DNA of 62,961 nucleotides, counting the filler, from Saprolegnia diclina VS20 (Eukaryota), in assembly GCF_000281045.1 (NCBI RefSeq). It is 5 parts of 2 records of this genome, joined end to end, with 100 filler letters (N's around TTAATTAATTAA, not from the genome) between each part and the next. Parts side by side here need not be neighbours in the genome. Positions count along the whole stretch, not along the records: positions 35,323 to 53,154 come from NW_008246146.1; 4 more parts are not named here. One strand, given 5' to 3'. Each line of letters starts with the position of its first letter. The stretch's first letter is position 1. The position numbers and the translations under genes were made by a program. Below are positions 39,157 to 51,676 of this stretch, piece after piece. Under the pieces are notes generated by a model, which made no database searches, was not told where the DNA came from, and worked only from the letters and a program-made list of their open reading frames with translations.

Positions 39157-41516
39157 TTACGTCCACGACTTGCGCTGGCTCGCCGACGAAGCCGCTTTAC
39201 TCTTGGTCGCCATGCTGCTCTTGGTCGGTCGACTCGCGCGGCGCATGCGCGTCGCGTCGGCACTCGCAATCGACTTGGCCGTTTGCATGATCTTTTGCGT
39301 CTTGACGCTCGCCTCGTAGACGCGCAGCGGGTCTTTATTCGTCTTGATTGACGTCGTTGCGCTGCGCAGTGACGCCATGTCACGGACGTCCTTGTCATCG
39401 TCGTTCGGCAGGACATCGAAGCGCGTGTGCCACACGTCGCGCACTGTAGCTTCAAAGACACTGTCGTCGTCGAGCGTGTTGCTGACCATCTCGTAGTAGG
39501 CTTCAAATTCCGCCTGCGTCACAAGCCCTACATCGGTCTCAGTACCTCTGCAGGCGACAAGAGGGTGCGAGACCCGAGGGCGGCAGCACGAACGCGTCGT
39601 GCAAGCCGGTGTGAATTTGGGCCTCTGAGCACTTGCCGGAGCGGACGTCCGGGTGGCTGCTCGGGTCAAAGCGCGCGATGAAGTCGCCGTATGGTAAACT
39701 GCCGTTCTAGTCACACCGAGCATGAGCAACGCTTTCATATACGAAGCTTCGCGCCTTGTCTGCGTCCAACGCGCGGAACGTTCGCCGCACGATCGCGCAA
39801 CGGGCGTCGGGCAGGCGCTCCACGAGCAACTGCTGTACGAGCGATGCAAAGCTCATTCTCCCCGTGTCGTTGGGGTCGTAGAGCTCAAAGAGCACGCGCC
39901 AGTCCTTGTCCGAGAGAATGACCCCGGCGTCCTTCATCGTATTCTTAAACTCGGCGAGCGACAGTGTGGGTGTGCGCTTGGCGCGCCGCAGCACGCAGGC
40001 ATACGCGGGGACCCCGATCGCCTGCATCTGCGCTTTCACCCGAGCAATCACGCCTCTCTTCCCCGCGTCGAGACTGGCGAGGTCAATGGCTCCGTCCTCG
40101 TCTCTCGGGTCGGTAGCTGGCGCAGACGAGCTACCGTTGTAGAGGAGTGAGCTCGCCGAGTCGGTCGACATCCACGCCGATGTCATCCTTGGAAAATGAC
40201 CTTTTGCAAGTTGGACCGGCTGCACGGAATTCGAAATGGTCGATTTGGCCGTGCGTGGCCGGACCGAGCTCCACGCGGCGGCGACAGGCGCGCGGACGCG
40301 CCAAGCGTTGGTGATCATATTCGCAAAGGCCTCGTCATTGTCGATGACGTTGCTCAGGTGTTGATAGTACTGTGCAAAGTCGTCGTACGTCACGACGCTA
40401 CTCGTCTTGGCGCGCGACGGGTCAAAGAACGTACTGAGGAACTCGGTGAGCACTTCGACGTCCGTCTTGAGACCGGACCGGACGTCCGGGTGCTTGCTCG
40501 TGTCATATCGACCCTTGATGTCGGACGCCGAGAGGACGCCATTGCCGTCATAGTCCAACGCATCAAAGGCGGCGCGGACGACCGCGATTCGCGCCGCGTT
40601 CATGGGCTCAGAGAGCGCGGCGAGGAACTCGTCGAGGTCGATGCTGTCGCTGCGATCGACGTCAAAGAGCTCAAAGAGGCGCCTTGCGTCCCTCTCCGAG
40701 ACGTCAAGCTTGAGGTCCTTGAGCGCGCTCTTGAACGCGCTGCACGGAATACCCCCGCCGCTGCTTGTCATGAGGCGGAAGCGGCGCGAGAGGCCCTGGA
40801 GCCCGGATGCGCCCATGGCCTTGAGCTGCGTCTTGATCTGCGACAGAATGAAAGCCATGCCGTGGTCGATCTCGTCGGCTTTGGGCTTGGTCGTTGGCCC
40901 CGACAAGGACGACAAGCTTCGCGCTTCGTTGACCTTGGAGGACCTGTGCAACATATAAGTCCTACTTCTACGAGTAGAAAAGGCTGGCGACGTACGCAGC
41001 CGTTGTCGTGCGCCGCAGGACGTGGGTCGTGCGCCGGCCGCCGTATTCGTCGCCGGCGTCGCCATGCTGTCGCAGTACTAACCACAGACGCTCAATCGCA
41101 ACTGCAAGATGGAACGACTACCTTGGCCCGCGTTCTCCTTGTCGCGCTGAAGGGCCTTCCCAAAGCAAAACGACTTTGGCGGCAGCGTGTACGACGCCTG
41201 CTTGGCCTCACCGATGCCCGCCACGTGCTTGGACGCGACCGTCTTGAGCGGCTGGCGCGGCTACAGGCGCCGTGAAGCCAAGCCACCCGTAAGGCATGGG
41301 CGAAGTTACGAGAAAGTTGGTCTTGTAGTAGGCAGCAAAGTCGGCAAAGGACACCGACCCGCGCTGGCCGACGTCCATGTCGACGATGGCGCTGACGATG
41401 TTCTGGTTGGTGGGCTCGACGCCGAGGGCCTGCAGGAGTCCACCCATCTCGCTGCGGTCGATGGCGCCATCCCGCGACGTGTCGAAGCGGTCGAAGATCT
41501 CGCGCGCCCGCTCCAT
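39157..41516 (-). CDS. Calcyphosin-like multi-EF-hand protein, multi-exon
   Basis: EF loops DTSRDGAID, DVDRSDSID, DYDGNGVLS, DPNDTGRMS; calcyphosin signatures YDTSKHPDVRSG, F..YY..VS..LDDD..F; exons from 41516 splice in frame into the 39707-41065 ORF. Confidence 0.8.
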
Positions 41517-42375
41517 GCTGCGCGTTGTCGACTTGCCTGCCCAAGATACCAGTCCGTTGGCATTTATAGGCGACATACAATACCAAAGATGCACAAGATC
41601 TGCCGTTTCCACAGCCACTATACCTGACACCATTTTACGATGTTTACAAAAACAAGTTAGTATTGAAATAGTGTAACCGCTTACAAAAACATAAAGACGG
41701 ATGTGAGCTGCCTCTTCAACGGTCGTGGACAACTTGTGCAATCCTTGAGCCAGAGAATGATCCAGCAAGCTACCACAATATCGCCCACCGCTCGGTGATT
41801 CCTGGTGGTAAATAGCCCATGAACCGCCGCTCCACAATGGACATCAGTACCCTCAAAGCCAGCCAGTTTAGCAGAGCCCCGTCAAGGCGCTGCAAACGCC
41901 AACCATCGTGGTACCAGCACTAGCAGTATTACGTCTACCTACAGTACTAACGTTAGCGAGCACTGAACGCACGTCCTCGCCGAGAAACGCCACTTCGATA
42001 GAAATCGTTCTGGATTTGGCGGCCCCTGAACTGCGCGGTTGCCCTCCGCCGCGTCACGCGCCCTTTCCGCCCATTCCAGTGCACTCTGCTGATCATAGAC
42101 AAGTTGTCGTCACATCCTTGTCAAGTCTACGCTGTGGCGTCAGTGCGTATTTCTATGGCCGTGCCGCAGCGCGCCACCCTTTGGCTCGGTAATGGCAACC
42201 CACATTCTCCATTTCACATTATTGACCAATCCCATGCATGGAAACCTGGCGTTTTAGCCAATCCATGCGGAGGTAACATCACTCTGAGTTGGCCACGCAA
42301 CCGGACACCATCCGGTCGGCGGCCTTTCGTTTCGTTTTGCATTGCATATTGCGTGTTGCCTCGCGTACCTTGCAC

Positions 42376-45300
42376 ATGGCGGTGCTCGACGACATCCGCG
42401 ACCTGCTCCAGGCCATCTGCGAGGCGCCGACGCAGCTGCCATCGCTCGACGAGTACCAAGCGTTCCTCGATGAGTGGCGGCAGCAGGCCTCTGCGGTGCT
42501 AACGACGCTGGACCAGCAGAGCGAGACCGAGACGATGCGGTCCGACCTCATGAGCGACACCATGAGCATGTTCTCGCTCGACCCGTCGTCGCTCGCAAGC
42601 ACCACGGACGCTGCGGCCATTACGCACTTGGACATTGCGGTACTGCATGCGTCACCGTTCTTACTGCGCCTGCCCGACAACCGGCTCCTGCCGCTGCCCG
42701 AGCTCAACATTCGCCACGAGCAACGGAGCTTGCACAAGATCTTCCACGAGAGCAAGCGCGCGCTGCGGACAATGCAAGGTGTCATGACGGTCGACTCGCT
42801 GCGCGAAGTCCTCGACCGCGACGTCCAGGTGCTGCACTTTAGCGGCCATGGCGGCGTCGTCGCGTCCGGCCCCGACGCTCTCGTGTTCGAGGACCCGCAC
42901 GCGACCGGTCTCGGGCAGCTCGTCGATGCGCACCACCTCTCGTCGATCCTGCGCGCTGGCTGCGCGTCCACCAGCGTCAAGCTTGTCTTTGTCTCGTCCT
43001 GCCACTCGGCCGACGTCGGCCGCGTCTTTATCAGCGCTGGCGTCGAGCACGTGGTCTGCGCGCGCCAAGACGAACGCGTCCTCGACGAGACGTCCATCTT
43101 GTTTGCGCAATCGTTCTACCACGCGCTCGTATACGGCAAGACGGTCCCACAGGCGTTTGAGATCGCGCAGACCCGCGTCCGCGCCGAAGCCGCCGACGAA
43201 AGCGACAAGTTCTTATTGCTGCAGAGCCCCAAGGTCCACGCTGCGTGCGGCCTCGCCGAGTACGCACACTGTGCGTGCGTGTCGAGCCCGCTCTTTTCGG
43301 AAATCCCGATCGGGCCCTACGTGACGCTGACGCAGCATTTACACCACGCGAGTCGACCGAGCAGCAGCAGTCTCCCGCCCATGCCATCGGTCTTTCTCGG
43401 TCGAGAGATGGAGCTCCACGCGCTCTGCAGCGCCCTTCCGTCGCAGCGCCTTCTCACGATCCGCGGCTCACCCGGTACGTCATCGAGGCTATCGTGGTTG
43501 ATAGATTGATAGTTCTATATCTTGAAACTAGGCATAGGAAAGAGCACGTGCGCGCTCAAGGTCGCCCACTACCTCGCCGAACGCCACGTGTACGAGCACG
43601 GCGTCTTCTTTGTGAGCGCGCGCGGCGTGCAAAGCGTCGAGTCGCTCGAGGCGTCGATCCGGTCGGCCGTTCTGGCCGATGACGCGGCGTCGTCGATGGT
43701 CCACGCGCCGCTCTCGTCGTTCCTCCACCATGTCCTCTTGGTTTTGGACAACATGGAGGACCCGTACCAAGCCAATGGCGCGGCTGTTCAGACCTTCCTG
43801 CGCTCGCTTCTCGACTCGTGTCCGCAGCTGCGACTCATTGTGACATCGCGACTCGCGATGCAAATGCCCGACGAGAAGATCATGAGTCTCAACCGGCTCT
43901 CGAGCGTCCACGCCGTCCGCCTCTTTGTCAAGAAGGCGCCGAGACGGTTGCAAGAAGCCACCGACTACTGCGCCGCGCCCGGAGCGCTCGAAGACCAGCT
44001 GCGCGACCACCCGCTCCTCGCTTTCCTCGACGGCCATCCCCAAGCCATCTCGCTCTGCGCGTCGCTGCTTCTCGACAAGACGCTACCGGAGCTCACGCAA
44101 GCCATGGTGGCGCCGGACGCGTCGGCGTCACTGCCACCTTTAATGGCGTCGCTCACCGTCTCGGTCGCGTCGCTCCCGAGCGACGACGTGCGCAAGTTCT
44201 TTGCACTCCAGGGCCTATTTCCCGGCGGCGGCCTCGCGATGGACTACAAGGCGATGCTGGGAGCCGACTTTGAGGCCCACGCGTCGCTCCTCGTGCGCTT
44301 CTCGCTCTTGCAGAAGCAGTACCCGCAGGCAAAGGTGGTCCGGGACCCGATCATGCTCAGCGCGTGGACGCACTACAGCGGGTACGTGGGCGGGCGCGAC
44401 AAGTTTACGTCCGTGCACCGCAGTCGCAAGGCCAACCAAGAAGAGAAGGTGCAGACCACCGTGTCCCAAGCCACGATGCTGTCGCTCTCAACCATCTACT
44501 CGACGTTTCCATTCATCTCGAGCTTTGCGCGCCTTTGGCTCTCGAATGAGCCGGTGATCGGCCAGAGCCTCGAGAAGCTCAGCGCCAAGCATTTTCAAAA
44601 GAGCATCCGGTGGATCTACCGCTACATTGGCACGTTTGGTCCGTTCTCGTCGGCCGCGTACGTGCTCTTTGACATTCAGGAGCCGAACCTCTGGATGTGC
44701 CTCGAGCGCTTCCTCGAGAAACACCAAGATGCCGCCACCGACAGTAAGCGCGAGCTCGTGGCGCTGCCCGGCGCGTCCGATATGGACGTCAACTCGAGCG
44801 AAGACGCGCCGTCATCGTCGTACACGCACACGGTGACGACAACGACCGACGATCCGAGCGCCGAACTGAGCAGCGAAAGCAGCGACAAGACCACCGAGCC
44901 CAAAAAAGTTGTCCGCAAGAAGCACCGCAAGTCGGACCCGAAGCTCGCGCTGGTCGTGGCCGATATGGCGTGCCACTTTGCCCACACGCTGTACCTGGCG
45001 GGCCGCCATGACGGCGCGACCCGGGCCGCGACGCTCGGCATCGGTCTCTGCAAGCAGTATGGCTTCCGCGGCGTGGAAGCCAATTTGCGAAAACTCATGG
45101 GCGTCATCTTGGTACATATTGTCTATTTGACAATATTTATACATGCGGATCATGTGCCTAGATCAACGAAAAGAAGCTCGACGACGCCAAGGCGCAATTT
45201 GGCATTGCGCTCATTCTCTACAAGTCGACCGTCTCCAAGATTGGCCATGCGACCGCCATGACAGGCATCGGCCTCGTGCACTCGCGCCAGGGCAACCTGC

Positions 45301-45810
45301 GAGGTACTTCTATATAGTAGTTTCAAATGTTGTCCTTGATTGACAAGACACTTTGTCTTAGGCGCCCACTCGTGCTTTGCAAAGGCGCTGACCATGTACG
45401 AGTGGAGCCACCACGTGGTCGGACAGCTCAACTGCCACCAGCGCCTCGGCCACCTCGAGAAGAAGCTCAAGCTCGGCGAAGAGAGCGACGTGACGCAGCA
45501 CTACGCCGCGTCTCGCCGACTCCAAGGCGACCTCAACCTCCATCGCAAGGAAGATCAGGACGGGCTTCGCTGGGTCGGCCACGAGATGAGTCTCCTCCTC
45601 GAGATCGCCGACACGCACGTTGCGTCGACAAAGAAGTCAAACCAGGCGCGCTACACCAAGGCGTTGGCCAGCAGTACGAGTACCGTGGCGCCGACCGTCG
45701 AGAGCAGCGACGAGAGCAGTTTTGCCAAGCGAAAAACGTACGACAGCTCGCGGCGCCGGTCCAGCGGCAACCAAAAACACCTCTTCCCCGACCCGACGCC
45801 CGTCCCCTAA
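42376..45810 (+). CDS. CHAT (caspase-like protease) - STAND/NB-ARC-like NTPase - TPR protein, NLR-like (introns 43475-43531, 45112-45161, 45304-45361)
   Basis: CHAT dyad VLHFSGHG and LVFVSSCHS; FLGREME, Walker A GSPGIGKST (formed by splicing), Walker B LLVLDNME, sensor LIVTSR, LDGHPQAI; TPR-like helices (EANLRKLMGVIL, ATAMTGIGLVHSRQGN, AHSCFAKALTMYE). Confidence 0.88.
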
Positions 45811-45842
45811 CAACATTCAAAGTCTCAACTCCAAGTCAGCTC

Positions 45843-48800
45843 TTATTCCGCCGGCGTCAAGTACGCGGGAGTGTACAGTGTGCTTGTCGATGCCGAGGAC
45901 GTCTTTGTGGGCGGAAACGACCGTCGCCGCTTGGGTTGGTCGCCAAGGACGACGTCGTGGTTCATGCTCTGCGGCGCGAGGACGCTAATCTCCTTGTCCA
46001 GCTCGAGCTCTTCCGCGACATCTTCAATGTCGTCGTCGCGGTCATCGGACTTGGCCGCCTTCTTCGCCGTCTTCCAGTCGCTCGCGGGCTTGGCCGAAAA
46101 GTCGACTTGGTTGTCGGCGATGGGGATCCCGTCGAGCGTTGCATTGTCCTGGATGGCTTTCATCACTCCCTCGGGCTTGAACTGGAGGAGGTTGCGAATG
46201 CCAAAGAGCTCGCCGTGTTGCTACGACCGTGTCAGTTTTGTATCAGAGTATCAAGTCGCATACGCCTTTGACGCCAATGATGGCTTCGAAATACCGTGGC
46301 CCCATCTTGCCTTTGAGCGTCGTGTCGGTGAGCTGTTGCTTGTATATCTACAGGGGACTGAGTACAATATTGTCCTACAGTCGATGCAAAAGGAACCTGG
46401 CGGGCGTAGATCATCTCTTCAATCGTGCCGAGCGTAATGAGCCGAAACACCTTGACGTCCCGCGTCTGCCCGATGCGGTACGCGCGGTCCTGCGCCTGGC
46501 AGTCGTGCGCCGGGTTCCAGCTCGGATCAAAGATGACAACGTTCGTCGCGCTCGTAATGTTGAGGCCGAGACCGCCGGCTTTGGTCGAGATGAGAAACAC
46601 ACTGAGCGTCGGGTCGCGGTTGAAGCGCTGGACGAGCTGGAGCCGCTCGTCGACCTTGGTCGACCCGTCGAGTCGCACGTACGCGCAAGCTTTCGAGATC
46701 AAAAACTAGGCGACCATAGCTTTAGACGAGCACCGTCGATATGTCTTACAGCTTGGAGAATATCGAGCATGCGCACGCTGCGACTAAAGAGCAGCACCTA
46801 CATATCGACCGCATTCGACTATAACTCATCTTTGTCAAGAACCTTCTCGTGCTTGCGCATCCAGATCGAGAGGAGCTTCTCGAGTACGACCATTTTCCCG
46901 CAGAGCGCCGTGTTCATCTTCTCAAAGAGGCCTTGTGCTTGGTAGAGCCCAATTTTGTCCTATTCCATAACTTTGAATTCCGAAACCCTAAACCTTGACA
47001 AAACGACGGACGAGGTCGGTGCCAAATGCGACAGTCGCAAAGGCTTTGGTCGCTGCTTGGACGTCGTCCGGGTCTCGTGCATTGACGCGCAAGAGGTCCA
47101 AGTGGTTCGAGAGCTTGAGCAGCTACATCGAACGCCATAAGAAGAAGCTCGTCGCTCTCTTTTGTCGACCTGGGCAATGCACGGAAACTGAATACACGCC
47201 GGGCACGCTTGACAGGCTTCGTCATCAGGATGGTGCTTTTGCCACAGGACGCCCCCCGAGACGTAGCAGCACCGCCGCCGGGTCTTGTTCCGGCCGCAGT
47301 CGCACGGGTCGTCGCCGGTAATGAGCACTTTAAAGTCGGGCGACGCAATCACGCGGTCGTAGACAGCGCGCTGGAGCGGTGTGAGCTCGCAAAACACAAT
47401 CTTGTCGAATTTTTGAATTCGCGTAAAGTCCGGGTGGATCCTACAACAAAAATTCTTGTGAGAAATCCCATACAAATGAAAAACAGTGCAGACGATTTGT
47501 CGCGGCGGAGATAGTAGGGCACGAGGCAGTCGCGCAGCTGCTTTTCTTTGGCTCGCGCGCGCTCGACGGCTTCGGGCGCCGCCGATTTTTTGCGCGCAAA
47601 TTTGATGTCGTCGGCGTAGTAGGACCGAAACTCGCTCACGCTGCCGAGCTACACAAGACACATTGTACACTATGAGCGAGAAGTAGAGGGGCTACCGAGC
47701 CTTCGTGGATTGTGTTGAGGAGGCAGTGGAGCTCGTCCGTGTCGTTCTGCATGAGGGTGCCCGTGAGCCCGAGCCGGCGCTTGCATGAAAGTGCCTGGAC
47801 GGCTTTCGTGGCTTGCGATTCCGGGTTCTTCAAGCAGTGCATCTCGTCGAGAACTATGAGGTACCACGGCACGGCTTGGATCTGCGCCAAGTTGGCCTTT
47901 AAAATGTCGTAGCTGCAAATGACAATCTCGTGGGTCCCGCTAATTTCGATCAATATGAGACATGCATACGAGGTCGACAAATGCAAAAAATGTAAAAAAA
48001 GGAAAAATGTAGGTGCGACGACGGTAGCAGGCGCCAATGGCACAAGCTCGGTGCCATCGGCGTCGTGACGTTGCGCATCGCATCGTTCGAACCCTTGCGC
48101 AGACAAATGCTTCGTCCGTACACCGGTGGTCTCTTCCTCCCACACCAAAACTGTCATGATCGACAGCGCTGGCGTGGTCCGACTTAAACTCGTGGGGTTC
48201 TTTGCTTTTGGACAAGTTCGCCGCAGTCTGCACCACACAAGAGCGGCATGCGCCGTGGGCAGACGTGCGTCGGCGTCCGTCGATATCCATGCAAGTATGC
48301 AGACGTACCGAGACAGGGACGCCAAGATCGCCTCTCGCTCCTGTCGTTTGCCGTTCAGAATCACAGGGCGACAGCACATCCAGAGCTTGAGTTCGAGCTC
48401 CCAATTCATGAGGAGCGACGCCGGCACAACAATCTATCTCGTTTTGACCACCAAAACTCCAAAATTGAGCTCAAAAATCGGACGTACGAGGATCGGCGGA
48501 GGTATCCCGTTCAAGTCAAACTCGACCGGCTCGCGACGTGACGCGCTCCGGAGACGAGTGCGGTACGCTTCCTTGTCGCTCGATGTGCCTGAGTCATAGA
48601 TATTTGTATGGAAATGGACGCTTATTGTTCGCACCGTCTTTGAAGAGCAGCGCCGAGAGGAGACCAATGACTTGAATCGTCTTGCCAAGACCCATTTCGT
48701 CGCCTATCAATCAAGACAGATTGTCTTTTCAGCAAATTTGAACAAATCGTACCGAGAATCGCGCCGCGATTCTCAACGACGGCCTGGAACATCCACGCGA

Positions 48801-49934
48801 CACCTTCGCGCTGGTACGGTTGGAGAAACCGGTTGAGGCGGCTGGGGACTTGGACGCGGCGCGAGTAGACTTCGTTTGGGGCGTCGAGTAGCACGAGTGG
48901 CTCGTCGATCGCTCCCTATTCCACCTACCTGAGTCGTGCTTGAGAGGTAGTATCGAGCTACCTCGGGCGGCGACAGCCGAGGCCAAGTACTCTCGTCGTC
49001 GTCATCCTCCTCGTCGTTGGCATTGACCGTATCTTTGACTCCGGTGCTTGATTGCCGGCGCTACGCAGGTAAGGATGGTGAAAGCTCAATGTCAATGGGG
49101 AGTGCTCACTACCTTGGGTGCGGACGCCGTCGACAGTGGCTGGCTCTTTCGCTTGGGCGCCACGTCCGACGCAGAGGCAGTGGTCGCTGGCTTGGCACGT
49201 GGGCGCGACGTATCGGGGGCAACGGGCGCAGCGTCGCTAAGCCAGTCGTCGTCGTCGCTCAAGTTGCCGTCGGACGGTCCCGGCGCCGCCTCGGCACGCT
49301 GCAAGGCGTCGAGCAGCGCGTTTTGCGTGATCAGCTGCGTTCGCGGGGCTGCGGCATGGCGCTGCACGGGCTTGGTCGTATGGAGCCCGAACGGCGAGAC
49401 GTACGTCGGCTGGATGTCGACGACTTGCTGCGGCGTGTGCTCGGCGTCGGGCGTCGGAGGCAACGATGGGTATGCGATTGTCCATGCGTCTCTGTCCGCT
49501 TCTGTTGAGGCTGTCGGTCGCGTGGTAGACGGTGGCGGCTCACGAGGATGGCCTGTCGCGGGTCGCTTTGTCGACTGCAAGGGTATCGCCAGGTCGGTGG
49601 CAGGGCAGTCGACCGTTGCAGGCGCGGATGACGATGGTTTGGCCGCTACGGCATCTTGTGAGGCTGGTTCTTTGGGCTCGGCTCGTGGCGGCGGGGTGGC
49701 CTTGGCTGCGTTCTGGAAGACGGGAAGGCTGCTCGCGCGAGGGTTGAGCGCCAGGAGCCGTTCGAAGACCGACATCATGGGCTTCTTCTCGGCGGGTGTC
49801 CATGGCGCGGACGTGCTTAGCGCGGCAGGCCGAGGCTGAGGGATCGGTCGGTCGACGCCAGCTTGCGACGCGGCGCTACGGGCCAGCGGCAGTCCGCCGT
49901 CGCTCTCGTCGTCGCTACTTGGGAGCAAGTCCAT
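45843..49934 (-). CDS. SNF2-family helicase, ERCC6L2/Rad26-like, multi-exon
   Basis: [89 protein letters not shown]; low-complexity first exon. Confidence 0.88.
47998..48282 (-). ncRNA. Candidate structured intronic RNA (H/ACA-like or Pol III), class unknown
   Basis: Several G-U-containing stems on the minus strand inside a 369-nt intron; ends ACA followed by T runs. Confidence 0.4.
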
Positions 49935-51031
49935 CGGCGTCAATGTCCCATTTCACCCATTTATAGGATCTATCCTAGTTGTTGGTTTCAAATTCGGTTC
50001 GAATCGGACAAGTCCGAAATGCAGGACGACCGTGCGCGCCACGAGCAACTTCAACAAGATTGGCAGGACAAATGCACAAATGCGTTTGATTGGCCGCCCA
50101 CTCTTGGGCTGAAATCAGGACACGTGACGCCTAGAACCAGGGCACACGAATCCTTGGAATAGAGCTTACGCTGTTGCCCATCTGTGCACCGACAGGCCAC
50201 CTACGTTGTGGGTACCCTTGGCACATTTTACGGGCTTCAGCAACTACTGGTAGTTCCTTCTCGACCGACAAAGCTGACCTACAATGGCACAGAACGCTGA
50301 CCGGTATCGATGCAACAGCCTCTCAATTGGTATGAGTACACTGTCGTGGCGGCCATCGCAGCAGCTTCTTTCGTTATTTTCACGAATCTTAAGCGTGGTT
50401 TGCCCGCCAAAAAGCCAGCAGCTTCGCGAACGCTCCGAGGCTCGGACGGATAACTCACGGGCCGGCCCACGAACCCACGTGGCGCTTGCGTGATCGCGGT
50501 CCCGTGATTCGTTATGTCCATGCTGGTGCGTCGGGCGCGAGTGAGTGAAGGTCGTACATACACTCCGCAAAGGCTGGTGCTTTCGACGGTTTTCAATCGA
50601 ATGCGGCTATTTGCACGCCACTTGGCGCGCGTAAGCATCGCGTTTACGGTTGCAAGCACTGCATCACCGTACGTTCCTGAAGCGATCGAAGCCGCCTGTC
50701 CTACGTCCTGTTTCCTTCTCTTCTTCGACGCTTGCGTCTTGGCGATGATGAGAGCTGTGATGATGGACTCGCAGCGTCTTCCTGCCTCCATGCGCCAAGC
50801 AATATGGAGCGCTTGGGTGCTCGAACTTCTGCAGTGGCGAGAGATAATAAGGTGCAGCGGTGGATGGAAGATAATACAACGAAGACAGGTTGGTTGATTT
50901 AGACTATGCAAATGTGTACACCTTGTAGACGACCTAGTCTTGGGGGAAGGTAGGTCGGGTGGGCGGCCTCATATTCGGATGAGATAGAAGGCCTGAAGGC
51001 GTCGTCAAGTGCGGTCGTGGAGTTGCAGTGT

Positions 51032-51676
51032 TCATGACTCGAGAGGGAGGCCCAGCGGCTCGAATCCCATGGCCTTGTCGGTCGCAAACGAGCCAAAAAA
51101 ATCATAGTCAAACTCGGCGTAGAGGTCGCTGGCTTCAATCTCGAGCATGTCGTTGACCATGGACGATGTGGCGTCGGCGATGGGGGTGGGCGCCATGTAC
51201 ATCTCGTCGTCGTCGACGGCCTCGGCGTACTCGTGCACCATGGACGTGAGGAGGCTGATCTGGTCACTGAGCGTCGAGAGCTGCGTCTGGAGCGTCGTCA
51301 TCTTGCTCTTGAGCATATCGATGTCTTCCTTGTCCCACTTGGAGTTGGGCTCAGTGCACGTCTTGCGGCGAATTGACGCCATCTTCTCCGGGTCGTCGCG
51401 GCGGAACTTGGCGTGCGTGAACTCCCACATGCTCGAGCCGAGCTCGGACGCGGGGTGGACCTCGAGCTTCTTGGTCTTGTCGAAGCCGTAAAAGCGCAGC
51501 TGGCGCGCAAACGAGGCAAAGTTGTTGTGCTTGAAGTAGAGTGGCAGCATCGTCTTCTCAAAGGCCTTGGGCGACTTGACGACAAAGGACCGGCCGTTGT
51601 TGCTCCAGGCGGCGATCTCGGGCGCGCAGCAGCCCAGCATGTCAAAGGTCTTCTGCAGGAAGACAGGGATGCTCAT
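51032..51676 (-). CDS. HSF-type DNA-binding transcription factor
   Basis: VFLQKTFDML...AWSNNGRSFVV...YFKHNNFASFARQLRFYGFDK...WEFTHAKFRRD; coiled coil; acidic tail. Confidence 0.93.
   Translation of the reverse strand: MSIPVFLQKTFDMLGCCAPEIAAWSNNGRSFVVKSPKAFEKTMLPLYFKHNNFASFARQLRFYGFDKTKKLEVHPASELGSSMWEFTHAKFRRDDPEKMASIRRKTCTEPNSKWDKEDIDMLKSKMTTLQTQLSTLSDQISLLTSMVHEYAEAVDDDEMYMAPTPIADATSSMVNDMLEIEASDLYAEFDYDFFGSFATDKAMGFEPLGLPLES

Noticed and set aside
41640..46200. Gasdermin-like or other substrate gene next to the CHAT-STAND gene
   Set aside because: The neighbours are the EF-hand and SNF2 genes; no candidate substrate ORF is visible
48287..48298. ATACTTGCATGG on the minus strand, resembling the U1 snRNA 5' end
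   Set aside because: Two mismatches in the splice-site-pairing sequence and no U1 stem-loop or Sm-site organisation
50279..50911. 210-aa minus-strand ORF
   Set aside because: Weak codon bias and no recognisable domain; cannot support it as a gene
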